A stretch of 64,000 bases of DNA from an uncultured Bacilli bacterium. GTDB lineage: Bacteria > Bacillota_I > Bacilli_A > RF39 > UBA660. The stretch is taken from positions 9,510-73,509 of the forward strand of contig CAKONX010000001.1 in assembly GCA_934098345.1 (NCBI GenBank). Direction: 5' to 3'. Both the position numbers and the translations under genes were made by a program. Below the pieces are notes generated by a model. It searched no databases and had not been told where the DNA came from. It saw only the letters and a list, made by a program, of their open reading frames with translations. This document shows, piece after piece, positions 51,001-60,948 of this stretch. Position 1 is the stretch's first letter; each line of letters begins with the position of its first letter.

Positions 51001-51841
51001 TAGGTTATTTACTTATCCAGTATTAACATCAATGAATGATGACTATATTGAAAGTAGTTTTACAACATCAATTAAAGTATTGAAAAGGGTAAGAACATTA
51101 CAAATATCAATAGATTGTGAGATAAAGAATGATGAATTACAAAGCTTACTTGATCAAGATAAGGCAGAGGTAATATGTCATATAGAATGTTCTAAAACTA
51201 AATTGAGATATATTCAAAAACTAAACCTTGGTCATAATGAATTTGAAATTGAAAGTAAACTAATAAACTTAAATATAGAATTAGTAACATTTGTAATAGC
51301 AAAAGAAAATATTGAAGGTTTTAAATCTACTAAATTTAATAGAGATTACAATAATGCTACATTTAAAATTGACAGAGGACAAATTCTTGCTATTGCAAGT
51401 CAAGTTGATATTCCAATAATAAAGGATATTTATGATCTATCAGATGTTCCGTCAATTATAACAATTGTACCTTCAGATATAAAATATATGATGGTAAATA
51501 TGGACGATCATAAAATTATTATTAAACTTCCTAAGGATGATTTTAATAATTACGCATCTTTAGGAAAATCTATTGGGTCACATACACCAATATTGCACTC
51601 TATGGTTATTGTTCCAGCTTTAACTCATGTAATAGATGAATTAATAAAGTGTAACGATGATTTTGAGCAATATTCGAATTATAGATGGTTTAAGGTATTA
51701 AAAGCAAAAGTTGAAACGCTAAAATATGAATTTTCGAGTGATTCAATGTTAAGAGTTGGATCATTGCAATTAGTACAAGAAATATTGGAAAATCCTTTAA
51801 GCCTAGCTTTAGACAAACTTCCAAGAATGAAGGTGGAGTAG
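50984..51841 (+). CDS. hypothetical protein, translationally coupled to GHKL ATPase (17-nt overlap)
   Basis: 285 aa ORF, no recognisable motifs. Confidence 0.5.
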   Translation: MRIKSNRLFTYPVLTSMNDDYIESSFTTSIKVLKRVRTLQISIDCEIKNDELQSLLDQDKAEVICHIECSKTKLRYIQKLNLGHNEFEIESKLINLNIELVTFVIAKENIEGFKSTKFNRDYNNATFKIDRGQILAIASQVDIPIIKDIYDLSDVPSIITIVPSDIKYMMVNMDDHKIIIKLPKDDFNNYASLGKSIGSHTPILHSMVIVPALTHVIDELIKCNDDFEQYSNYRWFKVLKAKVETLKYEFSSDSMLRVGSLQLVQEILENPLSLALDKLPRMKVE

Positions 51842-51842
51842 T

Positions 51843-52595
51843 ATGAAATTAAAATTTTTAAAAACTAATTCTTTATCAATTTTAAAAGAAAACATTAAAG
51901 ATAATATTAAACATTATTCGGATGCTAATTCAAATTGGATAAAGAACTCAACAAATGATGAAGTTAATTATATTGAAAGTAAATTAGATGTTCCTGATTT
52001 CGAATTGATAATATCAAATACTCCTGAAAAAGATGATTTTTTAAATATAAAATTACTATATTCAAATCTGATTGAATTAACCGATAGCCAAGCCGGAGAT
52101 GAAAGATTATGGGCTGGATTGTGTCATAATCAATTCTGGAATTATATGATTAATAGATGGCCAGTAGCAAAGGCTAAAGATGAAGTAAAATTTATTAAAA
52201 AAAATTACTTCTTTGCTCATGGTGAAAAAAGATCTTTAATGACAAATGGACTTGCAAGGTTATGGTGGATTGGCAGATTAACATACGATAAAGATAATCC
52301 TAATAATAATCCATTTGAATTAACTGAATATTTATGTAAGGATTTAAATGGTAGAGGTTTTCCTCTGTTTGGTAGTAACTTTTCAAATAATGACAAAATA
52401 TTAAAAATATTTCTATATACTTTAAAAAATTATGAAGAAAGTAATAACATTAAGTTAGATAGAAATACAGAATTCTTAGAGATGATAAAATATGTTAATA
52501 AGCTTAGTGGAAAGATTTTAATAGATTATTTATCAAATAACGAATTAAGAAAACTTATACTTGATGAAGTAACAAGAATTGTATCTTTAAGATAA
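51843..52595 (+). CDS. hypothetical protein, last gene of GHKL operon (1-nt gap)
   Basis: 250 aa; Trp-rich conserved-looking block DERLWAGLCHNQFWNYMINRWP...LARLWWIGRL. Confidence 0.5.
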   Translation: MKLKFLKTNSLSILKENIKDNIKHYSDANSNWIKNSTNDEVNYIESKLDVPDFELIISNTPEKDDFLNIKLLYSNLIELTDSQAGDERLWAGLCHNQFWNYMINRWPVAKAKDEVKFIKKNYFFAHGEKRSLMTNGLARLWWIGRLTYDKDNPNNNPFELTEYLCKDLNGRGFPLFGSNFSNNDKILKIFLYTLKNYEESNNIKLDRNTEFLEMIKYVNKLSGKILIDYLSNNELRKLILDEVTRIVSLR

Positions 52596-52686
52596 AATTT
52601 CTAAAAAAAATAATGTTCTTGTATCTAGATTAAATAATGACTTTTTGTAAGAAAATTGGTACAATAAAAATAGAAAGAGGTAGATT

Positions 52687-52932
52687 ATGAGAGAAGTACA
52701 AATTAATCGTGTTTATAAACATTTTAAAGGAAATTATTACATAGTTGTAGATATAGCAACTCATTCAGAGACAAAAGAACAATATGTTGTCTATAGACAA
52801 TTATATGGAGATGGAAAATTATGGATTAGACCACTTGAAATGTTTTTAAGTGAAGTTGACCATGAAAAATATCCAGATGTAAAACAAAAATATAGATTAG
52901 AACTTCAAGAAATAGAGAGTGTAGTTAAATAA
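52687..52932 (+). CDS. DUF1653-like small protein
   Basis: 81 aa; YKHFKGNYY...YRQLYG pattern typical of DUF1653. Confidence 0.4.
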   Translation: MREVQINRVYKHFKGNYYIVVDIATHSETKEQYVVYRQLYGDGKLWIRPLEMFLSEVDHEKYPDVKQKYRLELQEIESVVK

Positions 52933-52951
52933 TCTAGAAAAGAGAGGTTAT

Positions 52952-53728
52952 ATGAAAAAGAATAAATTAATAGTAATAATTTTAATTATATTAGTTATAG
53001 TTTTATCTGTAGTTGGATTTATATTTATTAAAGATAAAGATACAAAAAAGTTGGAAACAAAGAAAGAAACATATTATGCATATGTTAAAATAAATCCATT
53101 AGTAAAACTTACATTTGATATAAATTATGATTGTAGAGATAAAGATAATTGTAATGTTAAAAGTAATAAAGTAACTAATGTTGATTTACTAAATGAAGAT
53201 GCTAAAAGTATATATACAAATTTAAGCTATAAAGATAAAAAACTAGAAGAAGTAGTTGCATCTTTAATAGATGTTGCAGATGAAAATAATAAAGATATAA
53301 GAAATGTATCATTATCTTCAACTTATGAATTTAATAAAGATGAATTAATAAAAACTATATTATCATCTTTAAAAACTACTAAAAATGTTGAAATAAATTA
53401 TAATTATCAAAAAGAAATAGATGAAAGTAGTATGAATGAAACAATGCCAGTTCCAACAACTACTCAAACTACAACAACGACTACAATTAAGACAACAAGT
53501 AAATGTGTTAGTAAGAAGTTTAAAAAGAAATATACATATGCATATAAAACAAAAGATGAATGTAAAAAAGAGGGAAATAATGCTTTTAATAATATAACTG
53601 ATAATGTTGATGATAGTATTTTCTCTTATGGATGTGAAGAAGTAAAAGATGACTGTGGAGATACTTGGTATGGAGTAATATTCTATAAATGGTCAGAAGA
53701 AAAAGGAGAATATCCATATTATTACTAA
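52952..53728 (+). CDS. secreted/membrane-anchored protein with Thr-rich linker and Cys-containing C-terminal domain
   Basis: N-terminal TM, PVPTTTQTTTTTTIKTTSK linker, 5 Cys in last 80 aa. Confidence 0.45.
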   Translation: MKKNKLIVIILIILVIVLSVVGFIFIKDKDTKKLETKKETYYAYVKINPLVKLTFDINYDCRDKDNCNVKSNKVTNVDLLNEDAKSIYTNLSYKDKKLEEVVASLIDVADENNKDIRNVSLSSTYEFNKDELIKTILSSLKTTKNVEINYNYQKEIDESSMNETMPVPTTTQTTTTTTIKTTSKCVSKKFKKKYTYAYKTKDECKKEGNNAFNNITDNVDDSIFSYGCEEVKDDCGDTWYGVIFYKWSEEKGEYPYYY

Positions 53729-53792
53729 AATTAGCTGATTTGCTAATTTTTTTATTTTTTTATGTTATACTTAAATCATAAGAGGAGAGTTT

Positions 53793-54878
53793 ATGAAAAA
53801 GAAAATTATTTTAGTTTGTACAATAGTAGTATTAAGTTTAGTAATCACGTATTTGTTTTTTAACAAGAAAAAGGATGTAGTTAATATGACTGATAATATA
53901 TATATCGTTCCAACATTTAATGATGAAATTAAAAGTGATACAGCTTGGTGTGCAACATTTAATTTAATATGGAATGACTTAAAAAATGATATAGTAAAAC
54001 AAGATATTAAGTTTAAAGATAATGATGAATTTGTTAATAATTTAAATAAAGAATTATTTAAAGAAAGTGATATATCAGATGAATATTATTATAAAGTATA
54101 TGGAAAGAAAACTATTAAATTAAAAAATGAAATAGAAAAAAATATAAAAGAAAAATTTAATCAAACAAGTGATATATTAGATAAATTTGATTGGAGTGAA
54201 GAGGCTTTAGATAAAGGCTCAAGTGATTTTGAAAGATATATTTTTTATACAATGTTATATCGTGAATTTAAATATAATACTAAATTTGTAGAATTAGATA
54301 AAGATAAATTTAATGATACAGAAAATGTTAAATATTTTGGTGTTAAAGATAATAAAGAATCTTATATAGATCAAATACAAGTAATTTATTATAATAATGA
54401 AAATGATTTTGCAATAAAATTAACAACAACTAGTAATGATGAAATTATTTTAAATAAAAATCCAAAAGGAAATAGTTTTAAAGATATTTATAACAACGTT
54501 ATTGATAATGGTTCAAAATATAAAGGAAATAAAGATTTTAGTAAACAAGATAACTTTAAAATGCCATATATAAATTTAAATGTTTTAAAAGAATATAAAG
54601 AATTAGAAAATCAAGAATTTTATGATGTATATAATAATAAATTAGTTATAGATAAAGCATTACAAACTATAAAATTTGAATTAAATGAAACTGGTGGAAA
54701 AATAAAGAGTGAAGCTGGAATGGATGTTGTAAAATTCTCATCTTTAAATCCTAAAGATGAATCACGCAATTTTAACATTGATTCAACTTTTGCAATATTT
54801 TTAAAAGAAGCAAATCAAGATAAAACATATTTTGCAGCTAGAATTGATGATATAAGTAAGTATCAAGAGGTGAGATAG
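53793..54878 (+). CDS. secreted serpin-like protein (divergent)
   Basis: signal/TM; C-terminal FNIDSTFAIFL approximates serpin signature (F.ADHPFLF.I), hinge-like NETGGKIKSEAGMDV, length 361 aa. Confidence 0.35.
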   Translation: MKKKIILVCTIVVLSLVITYLFFNKKKDVVNMTDNIYIVPTFNDEIKSDTAWCATFNLIWNDLKNDIVKQDIKFKDNDEFVNNLNKELFKESDISDEYYYKVYGKKTIKLKNEIEKNIKEKFNQTSDILDKFDWSEEALDKGSSDFERYIFYTMLYREFKYNTKFVELDKDKFNDTENVKYFGVKDNKESYIDQIQVIYYNNENDFAIKLTTTSNDEIILNKNPKGNSFKDIYNNVIDNGSKYKGNKDFSKQDNFKMPYINLNVLKEYKELENQEFYDVYNNKLVIDKALQTIKFELNETGGKIKSEAGMDVVKFSSLNPKDESRNFNIDSTFAIFLKEANQDKTYFAARIDDISKYQEVR

Positions 54879-55143
54879 GCCATTTACAACTTCAAATAAT
54901 TATGATACTTTAAATATAATGATGAGAGATATATAAGAACGTGGTTTTTGATTATAATGCCTTTAAAGCTCTTTCTAAATAAATTTTATCACATTTACAT
55001 GTCCCTTTTTATTTAGTGTGTATTTTAAAGGTATTATAATCTGGGATTACCATTTTATATTATTTACAATTTATCTTTTCTCCCTTGCACCATACTCACC
55101 TTTGCTATATAATGATAGCACAACGATGAGGAGATATGAGTTT

Positions 55144-55692
55144 ATGGATGAATTAGTTAAAGTTAGTTTAGATGATTATAGAAGTCTCGAATTATTAATT
55201 GAATTTAGAGGTGAAGACTTCAGAAATAAATATTTGTATAGATGTGCAAGAGCTCATTATAATGATCCAAAGAATGAACATTTACATGAATTATCTGATA
55301 TGGACGCTATTATGTATATAGTTGATAAAGAATCTAATATGCAATTTCCATCAGAAGAATATCTTTTATTACATGATGATGTTCCAGTAACTTCTTGTGT
55401 CATAAGATACGTTAACCCAGTAACATGTGATATGGATATAGAAACTTTAGAAACAGAAAGAAATAAAGGCTATGCTAGAAAAGTAATTGAGGCAGTAGAA
55501 AACCATTTGTTTAAAGAAACTGATGTTATATTTACAACTATCAAAGATTTGACTACTACTGGAGCATCAACCAGATTAGCAATATCTTTAGGATATAAAC
55601 TAGCTAATACAGGTTATTATATAAAGATGAATCCTTATATTACTCTTGAAGAAGCAAAAAGAAGAGCTGAACCACATAGAAAAGCTATGTAA
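55144..55692 (+). CDS. GNAT-family N-acetyltransferase (putative)
   Basis: motif A-like RNKGYARKVIEAV; start placed at MDELVKV after AGGAGA (ORF track starts 42 codons upstream). Confidence 0.45.
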   Translation: MDELVKVSLDDYRSLELLIEFRGEDFRNKYLYRCARAHYNDPKNEHLHELSDMDAIMYIVDKESNMQFPSEEYLLLHDDVPVTSCVIRYVNPVTCDMDIETLETERNKGYARKVIEAVENHLFKETDVIFTTIKDLTTTGASTRLAISLGYKLANTGYYIKMNPYITLEEAKRRAEPHRKAM

Positions 55693-55760
55693 AAAAATAT
55701 ATTTTTAGTTTATTATTTCTGAAAATATAGTATAATATTTATAGAAAAGGAGTTTATATA

Positions 55761-56216
55761 ATGGCAAAGAAAGAAGAAAAATCTTTTATGGATGTAAAAG
55801 ATGAAACAAAAAACTTTGATAAGAAAGATATCGAATCTGGAAAAGGAATGGCAGTTATTTCTTATTTAGGATTTTTATCACTTATTCCATATTTATCTGA
55901 AAAGAAAAATAAGTATGTTAGATATCATGCTGTTCAAGGTTTAAATTTATTTATACTTGAAATGATTTATTCAGTTGCTTATGGAATACTTACTTCAGTA
56001 ATCAAAGTTAAAGGAAGCTGCGGAACAGGTTATTATGGAAGTCTAGCTGATGCTTTTGGTGTAACTTGTAAAGTAACTCCATGGTGGATAACACTTCCAC
56101 TTGGAATAATTGGACTTGGATTTACTGCATTAGCAATTATTGGAATCGTGAATGCTTGTCAAGATAAAGCTAAAGAATTACCAATAGTAAACCAAATTAA
56201 AATTATTAAAAAGTAG
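55761..56216 (+). CDS. DUF4870-family small membrane protein
   Basis: ISYLGFLSLIPYL...YVRYHAVQGLNL pattern. Confidence 0.45.
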   Translation: MAKKEEKSFMDVKDETKNFDKKDIESGKGMAVISYLGFLSLIPYLSEKKNKYVRYHAVQGLNLFILEMIYSVAYGILTSVIKVKGSCGTGYYGSLADAFGVTCKVTPWWITLPLGIIGLGFTALAIIGIVNACQDKAKELPIVNQIKIIKK

Positions 56217-56406
56217 TTAACTTTTTAGCAACTGTAAAGTTGCTTTTTTGATTAATGATTATAGCATAATTTTAATGATTTAAGTGAAAAAATTGTGGAT
56301 ATTTAGTTTATTAAACAATAAAATATCACAAATTAATATATAAATAATGACATTTTATTAATAATTTGATACAATTTTTAGTGTGGAAGAAAGTGAGTAG
56401 TAAAAT

Positions 56407-57033
56407 ATGATGTTTGCAAAATTTAATAAATGTAATTTGATAACATATTTAGGAGTTTTTTTTGGAGTATTATCAATGTATTTTAGTTTTACTAAAATGG
56501 CATTTTCAGATGCAGTATATGTTAGATACGCATTAGCTTGTTTAGTTGCAAGTGGTGTATGTGATATGTTTGATGGTAAATTTGCTAGAATGTTTAAAAG
56601 AACAAAAGAAGAAAAAGAATTTGGAGTTCAACTAGATTCCCTATGTGATACATTCTGTTTTTTAGCTGTACCTGTAGTGTTTATGATGAGTTTAGGAATG
56701 ACTAATGTTGTATCAGTTATAGTATATACAATATTTATGATTTGTGGTGTTTCAAGACTTGGATATTTTAATGTTAAATCTGCCGATTCTGAAAAAGCAA
56801 TCAAAACATATCAAGGCCTACCTGTGACATCTACAGCAGCAACATTTCCATTACTTGGATTATTACATACTGTAGTAAGTGCAACTGCATTTGAATATTT
56901 GTATTTGGGATTAACATTATTAACTGCCATTCTAATGGTAATAAATATAAAAATTCCTAAATTTAAAGGCATCATGTACTATATAATGGCTGGTTTAGCA
57001 TTAGCTCTAATTATATTGTTATTGGTTTTATAA
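56407..57033 (+). CDS. pssA: CDP-alcohol phosphatidyltransferase (phosphatidylserine synthase-like)
   Basis: DGKFARMFKRTKEEKEFGVQLDSLCDT = D-G-x2-A-R-x8-G-x3-D-x3-D motif; followed by psd. Confidence 0.7.
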   Translation: MMFAKFNKCNLITYLGVFFGVLSMYFSFTKMAFSDAVYVRYALACLVASGVCDMFDGKFARMFKRTKEEKEFGVQLDSLCDTFCFLAVPVVFMMSLGMTNVVSVIVYTIFMICGVSRLGYFNVKSADSEKAIKTYQGLPVTSTAATFPLLGLLHTVVSATAFEYLYLGLTLLTAILMVINIKIPKFKGIMYYIMAGLALALIILLLVL

Positions 57034-57034
57034 T

Positions 57035-57871
57035 ATGAAATATTACGATTTAAGAAAAAAAGAATATGTTGTTTATGATGATGATAGTAAAGCATTGTCT
57101 TTTTTCTATGATAATATATTCGGAAGAGTATTACTAAAAGTTTTAATTTCTGGTTTTGTAAGAAAACCTTATAATTATTATATGAATACAAAATTGTCTT
57201 TAAAAAAGGTTAATAAGTTTATTAAACAGAATAATATTAATATGGATGAATATGAAAAAGAAAATTATAAATCTTTTAATGATTTTTTTATAAGAAAAAT
57301 AAAAAGTGATAGAAGACCAATAGCTAATGGTTTGTTTGCAATAGCGGATTCTAAATTAAGTGTTTATAAAATTGATAATAATTTATCATTCAAGGTTAAA
57401 AACTCGATTTATACCGTTGAAGAATTATTAGGAGAAAATTGCTCTAATTTTGATGGTGGCTATGCATTAATTTTCAGATTATGCATAGATGATTATCACC
57501 ATTATGTTTACCCGGATGACGGTGAAATCCTGTATAATAAAAGAATAAACGGAAAACTTCATACAGTACAACCGCTAGCTTTTAAAAAATATAAAGTTTT
57601 CAGTGAAAATACAAGGGAGATAACTTTGCTTAAAACTAAACATTATGGAAAAGTTGCATATATTGAAGTAGGTGCAATGATGATTGGTAAAATAGTTAAT
57701 GAGAATGTTACAAATTTTAAAAGAGGTAGTGAAAAAGGACATTTTGAATTTGGTGGATCAACTTGTATTTTACTATTTGAAAAAGATAAAATTAAGATTA
57801 ACGAATTAATAGTTGAAAATACTAAAAAGGATATAGAAACAATCGTTAAATTGGGAGATAGTTTAGAATAG
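57035..57871 (+). CDS. psd: phosphatidylserine decarboxylase proenzyme
   Basis: C-terminal FEFGGSTCILLF self-cleavage GST motif, 278 aa. Confidence 0.8.
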   Translation: MKYYDLRKKEYVVYDDDSKALSFFYDNIFGRVLLKVLISGFVRKPYNYYMNTKLSLKKVNKFIKQNNINMDEYEKENYKSFNDFFIRKIKSDRRPIANGLFAIADSKLSVYKIDNNLSFKVKNSIYTVEELLGENCSNFDGGYALIFRLCIDDYHHYVYPDDGEILYNKRINGKLHTVQPLAFKKYKVFSENTREITLLKTKHYGKVAYIEVGAMMIGKIVNENVTNFKRGSEKGHFEFGGSTCILLFEKDKIKINELIVENTKKDIETIVKLGDSLE

Positions 57872-57881
57872 GAGTATACAA

Positions 57882-58892
57882 ATGAGTAAAAAGAAGATTT
57901 TATATTCTATATTATTTTTTTTAATAATCATAACAGCAACATTTTATTCTGTATTTTCTAATACCAGTTTATCAAGTATGATTGAAAACTTAAAATATAT
58001 TAGTTTTGGCTATGGAACTATTTGTATCGTATTAGCAACTTTATATTTTATCTTTCAAGGATGGTATACAAAAATTATTTTTAAATCACTAAATGTAAAT
58101 ATATCATTACCTAAAGGAATTTATTATTCTATTATTGAATTTTTCTTTAGTGGAATAACGCCATCATCTACTGGCGGTCAACCTGTACAAATTTATTATA
58201 TGGCTAAAGATAAAATCCCAATAAGAAAGTCTTTAATTGTGATTATATTGGGTACAATCTATTTTAAATTATTTATGGTTATATTTGCTATAATAGTTTT
58301 ATTATTTAAATGGGATTTTATAATAAATCAAGGTACTCTATTTATCGTATTGTTCTTTTTAGGAGTAGTAATTGATTCATTATTAATAATTGGATGTTAT
58401 TTATTGTTATTTCATTCACAAGCGATAAAAAAATTATTAACTTTTGTATACAAAATTAAAACCAAACTCACTGGTAAAAATGATGAAAACAGAGTTAATG
58501 AATTAATTGAAAATTATAGAAAGGAAACCGATTATATAAATAACCATAAGAAAGAAGTGTTTGTTAGTCTTATTTTAACGTTCTTTCAACGTATATTTCT
58601 ATTTTCAATAGCGTTTGTAATTTATAAAGCTTTCGGCTTTAATGAATATAGTTATATTGATTTATTAGTTATACAAATTGGAGTACAATTGGCAATTGAG
58701 GGACTTCCATTGCCAGGAGGAACCGGCGTGAGTGAACATTTATTTAATACAATTTTCATTAGTATATTTGGTGCAAGTTTAGCATCAACCGGTATGTTTT
58801 TAACGAGACTATTCTCGTTTTACTTACCATTGCTAGTAAGCTGTGTAATTATAATAATAGTAACAAAATGTTGTTATTACAAAAATAAATAA
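57882..58892 (+). CDS. UPF0104/flippase-like multi-TM membrane protein (MprF-type TM domain)
   Basis: 8 predicted TM segments; placed after pssA-psd. Confidence 0.45.
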   Translation: MSKKKILYSILFFLIIITATFYSVFSNTSLSSMIENLKYISFGYGTICIVLATLYFIFQGWYTKIIFKSLNVNISLPKGIYYSIIEFFFSGITPSSTGGQPVQIYYMAKDKIPIRKSLIVIILGTIYFKLFMVIFAIIVLLFKWDFIINQGTLFIVLFFLGVVIDSLLIIGCYLLLFHSQAIKKLLTFVYKIKTKLTGKNDENRVNELIENYRKETDYINNHKKEVFVSLILTFFQRIFLFSIAFVIYKAFGFNEYSYIDLLVIQIGVQLAIEGLPLPGGTGVSEHLFNTIFISIFGASLASTGMFLTRLFSFYLPLLVSCVIIIIVTKCCYYKNK

Positions 58893-59083
58893 GCAATATT
58901 ATTGCTTTTTTTGTTTGATTTTTTTATATTTAATTGGCAACCGCATATTGACTTAGAAGTAAATAAAGTATATAATTTCTAGGTGTAGACGGCATTGTTA
59001 ATAATAATATTTATATTCTATTTTTAATGGATAAAACGTTTGTATTTGTAGTGTTGTTTAGTGTTTTATAATTTAAAGAATAG

Positions 59084-60904
59084 GTGAATAGTATGGAAAA
59101 TAAAACAGAAATGAAAGACTTAAAAAATAGCCAAATTGAGTATATTTCAAATAGAAAGTATTTATTTGTTGTTCTATTAGTTGCTTTGTTATTTTGTGCT
59201 TTAGAAGTATTTGTTAATAAAACTTTTAATTTTTTTAACTCTTTATTAATGTTTGTTGGAATTTCTTTAGTAGTTGTTAATTTATATAATTATATAAAAA
59301 ACGGTGTAAAAAATAATCTTACAAGTATTTTAAAAATAGCATTTTCATTACTAATAACAATATATGCTGCCATAAATTATAATACTTTTGATGTATTTAC
59401 TTATAATATGTTTGATATGGGAATTATATTACTAATTTCTAACATTACTTTAAATTTTAATAAAAAACTTGGTATAATAATAAATGATATTTTAGTTCTA
59501 CTATTTAACATTAATCTGTGTGTATATTTATTTGCTGGAGACTATGTAAATAAAATAATGCTATCAAATTTAACTTCAATAGATGAACTTATGGGTAATG
59601 CTGTAATTTATATTTCAGGTGTATTACTTGTTATAATATTTTCAATGCTAAGGGTTAAGCCTATTGTTGCTAAAATAAAAAGTCAAATAATATTTTTTAT
59701 ATCAATTATTATTGTATTCCTTGTATCAATAATTTTAACTCATAATATTTTAAACTATTGTAGCAAATCAGCTTTTGGTGGTTATGCTAGTCTTATAAAA
59801 GAGTATGTTGTTTATTGGAATAAAGTAAGTGATATAAAATCAAATAAAACAAGTGATGGAGAATTTTACCATGAAGGTGTAACAGATTTTATAAAAAAAG
59901 ATAAAAATTTAGCTAAAAAACCTAATGTAATTGTTATTTATACTGAGGGTCTATCTAATAACGTTATATATGATAAAAGAGAAATAATGCCTAATGTAAA
60001 AAAATTATCTGAGGAATCTATTAGTTTTACAAATTATTATAATCATGAAGCTGCAACATTTAGAGGATTGATGGGTCAAACTTATTCTGGTTTCCAATTC
60101 GATAATTTTGATAAAAACAGTTTAATTTCTATGGCAGAGGTAATGCATAATAATGGGTATTATACTGAATTTTATAATACAGAACCTAATAACGATGGTA
60201 TTATTGATTTCTTGAAATTGTTAAACTATGACAAAGTTGTATCAGAAAAGAAAAAATATGCCGGAACTCAAAATTCGATCCCTGATAAAGATGCTTATAA
60301 CATTTTGATAAAAGAAGCAAAAAAATTAAACAAAGCTGAAAAACCATTCTTACTATCAATGTACACTGTAGGAACACACATGTCATTCGATTCAATTTAT
60401 AATAAATTTGGAAATGGTAAGAGCAATGTTTTAAATAGATTTTATGACTGTGATTCAGGTTTTGGTGAATTTATAGAAGAATTTAAGAGTAGTGAATTAT
60501 TTGATAATACTGTATTAGTATTTACTGCAGATCATGCTAGTTATGTTGATAATGATTACACTAAAGCATTCCCTAAGTATAAAAGAGATGCTCAATTCTT
60601 TGATCAAGTTCCTTTCTTCATTTACTATAAAAATTGTGAACCTAAGAAAATTGATGTAAATGGTAGAACATCTTTAAATTTTGCTCCAACTTTATTAGAT
60701 TTCTTGGATATCACTGGAGAAAATTACTTTTTAGGTTCGTCATTATTTGGTAATGAACCAACAGAATTTGATTATATATATTGGGACGGATCAAATTTTA
60801 AAAAATCGAATAATAGTAAAATTACTGCATTCAATAACGCTTCATCAAATGAAACCGTTCAAAAAATATACAACTACTTTGGAATTGCACACAAAGAAAA
60901 ATAA
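59084..60904 (+). CDS. LTA synthase family protein (5-TM + extracellular sulfatase-like domain)
   Basis: N-terminal polytopic region then alkaline-phosphatase-superfamily domain (VIVIYTEGLSNN..., TADHASY). Confidence 0.65.
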   Translation: MNSMENKTEMKDLKNSQIEYISNRKYLFVVLLVALLFCALEVFVNKTFNFFNSLLMFVGISLVVVNLYNYIKNGVKNNLTSILKIAFSLLITIYAAINYNTFDVFTYNMFDMGIILLISNITLNFNKKLGIIINDILVLLFNINLCVYLFAGDYVNKIMLSNLTSIDELMGNAVIYISGVLLVIIFSMLRVKPIVAKIKSQIIFFISIIIVFLVSIILTHNILNYCSKSAFGGYASLIKEYVVYWNKVSDIKSNKTSDGEFYHEGVTDFIKKDKNLAKKPNVIVIYTEGLSNNVIYDKREIMPNVKKLSEESISFTNYYNHEAATFRGLMGQTYSGFQFDNFDKNSLISMAEVMHNNGYYTEFYNTEPNNDGIIDFLKLLNYDKVVSEKKKYAGTQNSIPDKDAYNILIKEAKKLNKAEKPFLLSMYTVGTHMSFDSIYNKFGNGKSNVLNRFYDCDSGFGEFIEEFKSSELFDNTVLVFTADHASYVDNDYTKAFPKYKRDAQFFDQVPFFIYYKNCEPKKIDVNGRTSLNFAPTLLDFLDITGENYFLGSSLFGNEPTEFDYIYWDGSNFKKSNNSKITAFNNASSNETVQKIYNYFGIAHKEK

Positions 60905-60948
60905 TAATTTAAGTGATATAATAATTAATTAAGGAAAGGTGAATAAAA

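Noticed and set aside
46105-55700. Prophage or integrative element explanation for the accessory island
   Set aside because: No integrase, recombinase, transposase, terminase, capsid gene, tRNA or flanking direct repeat was recognised in the window.
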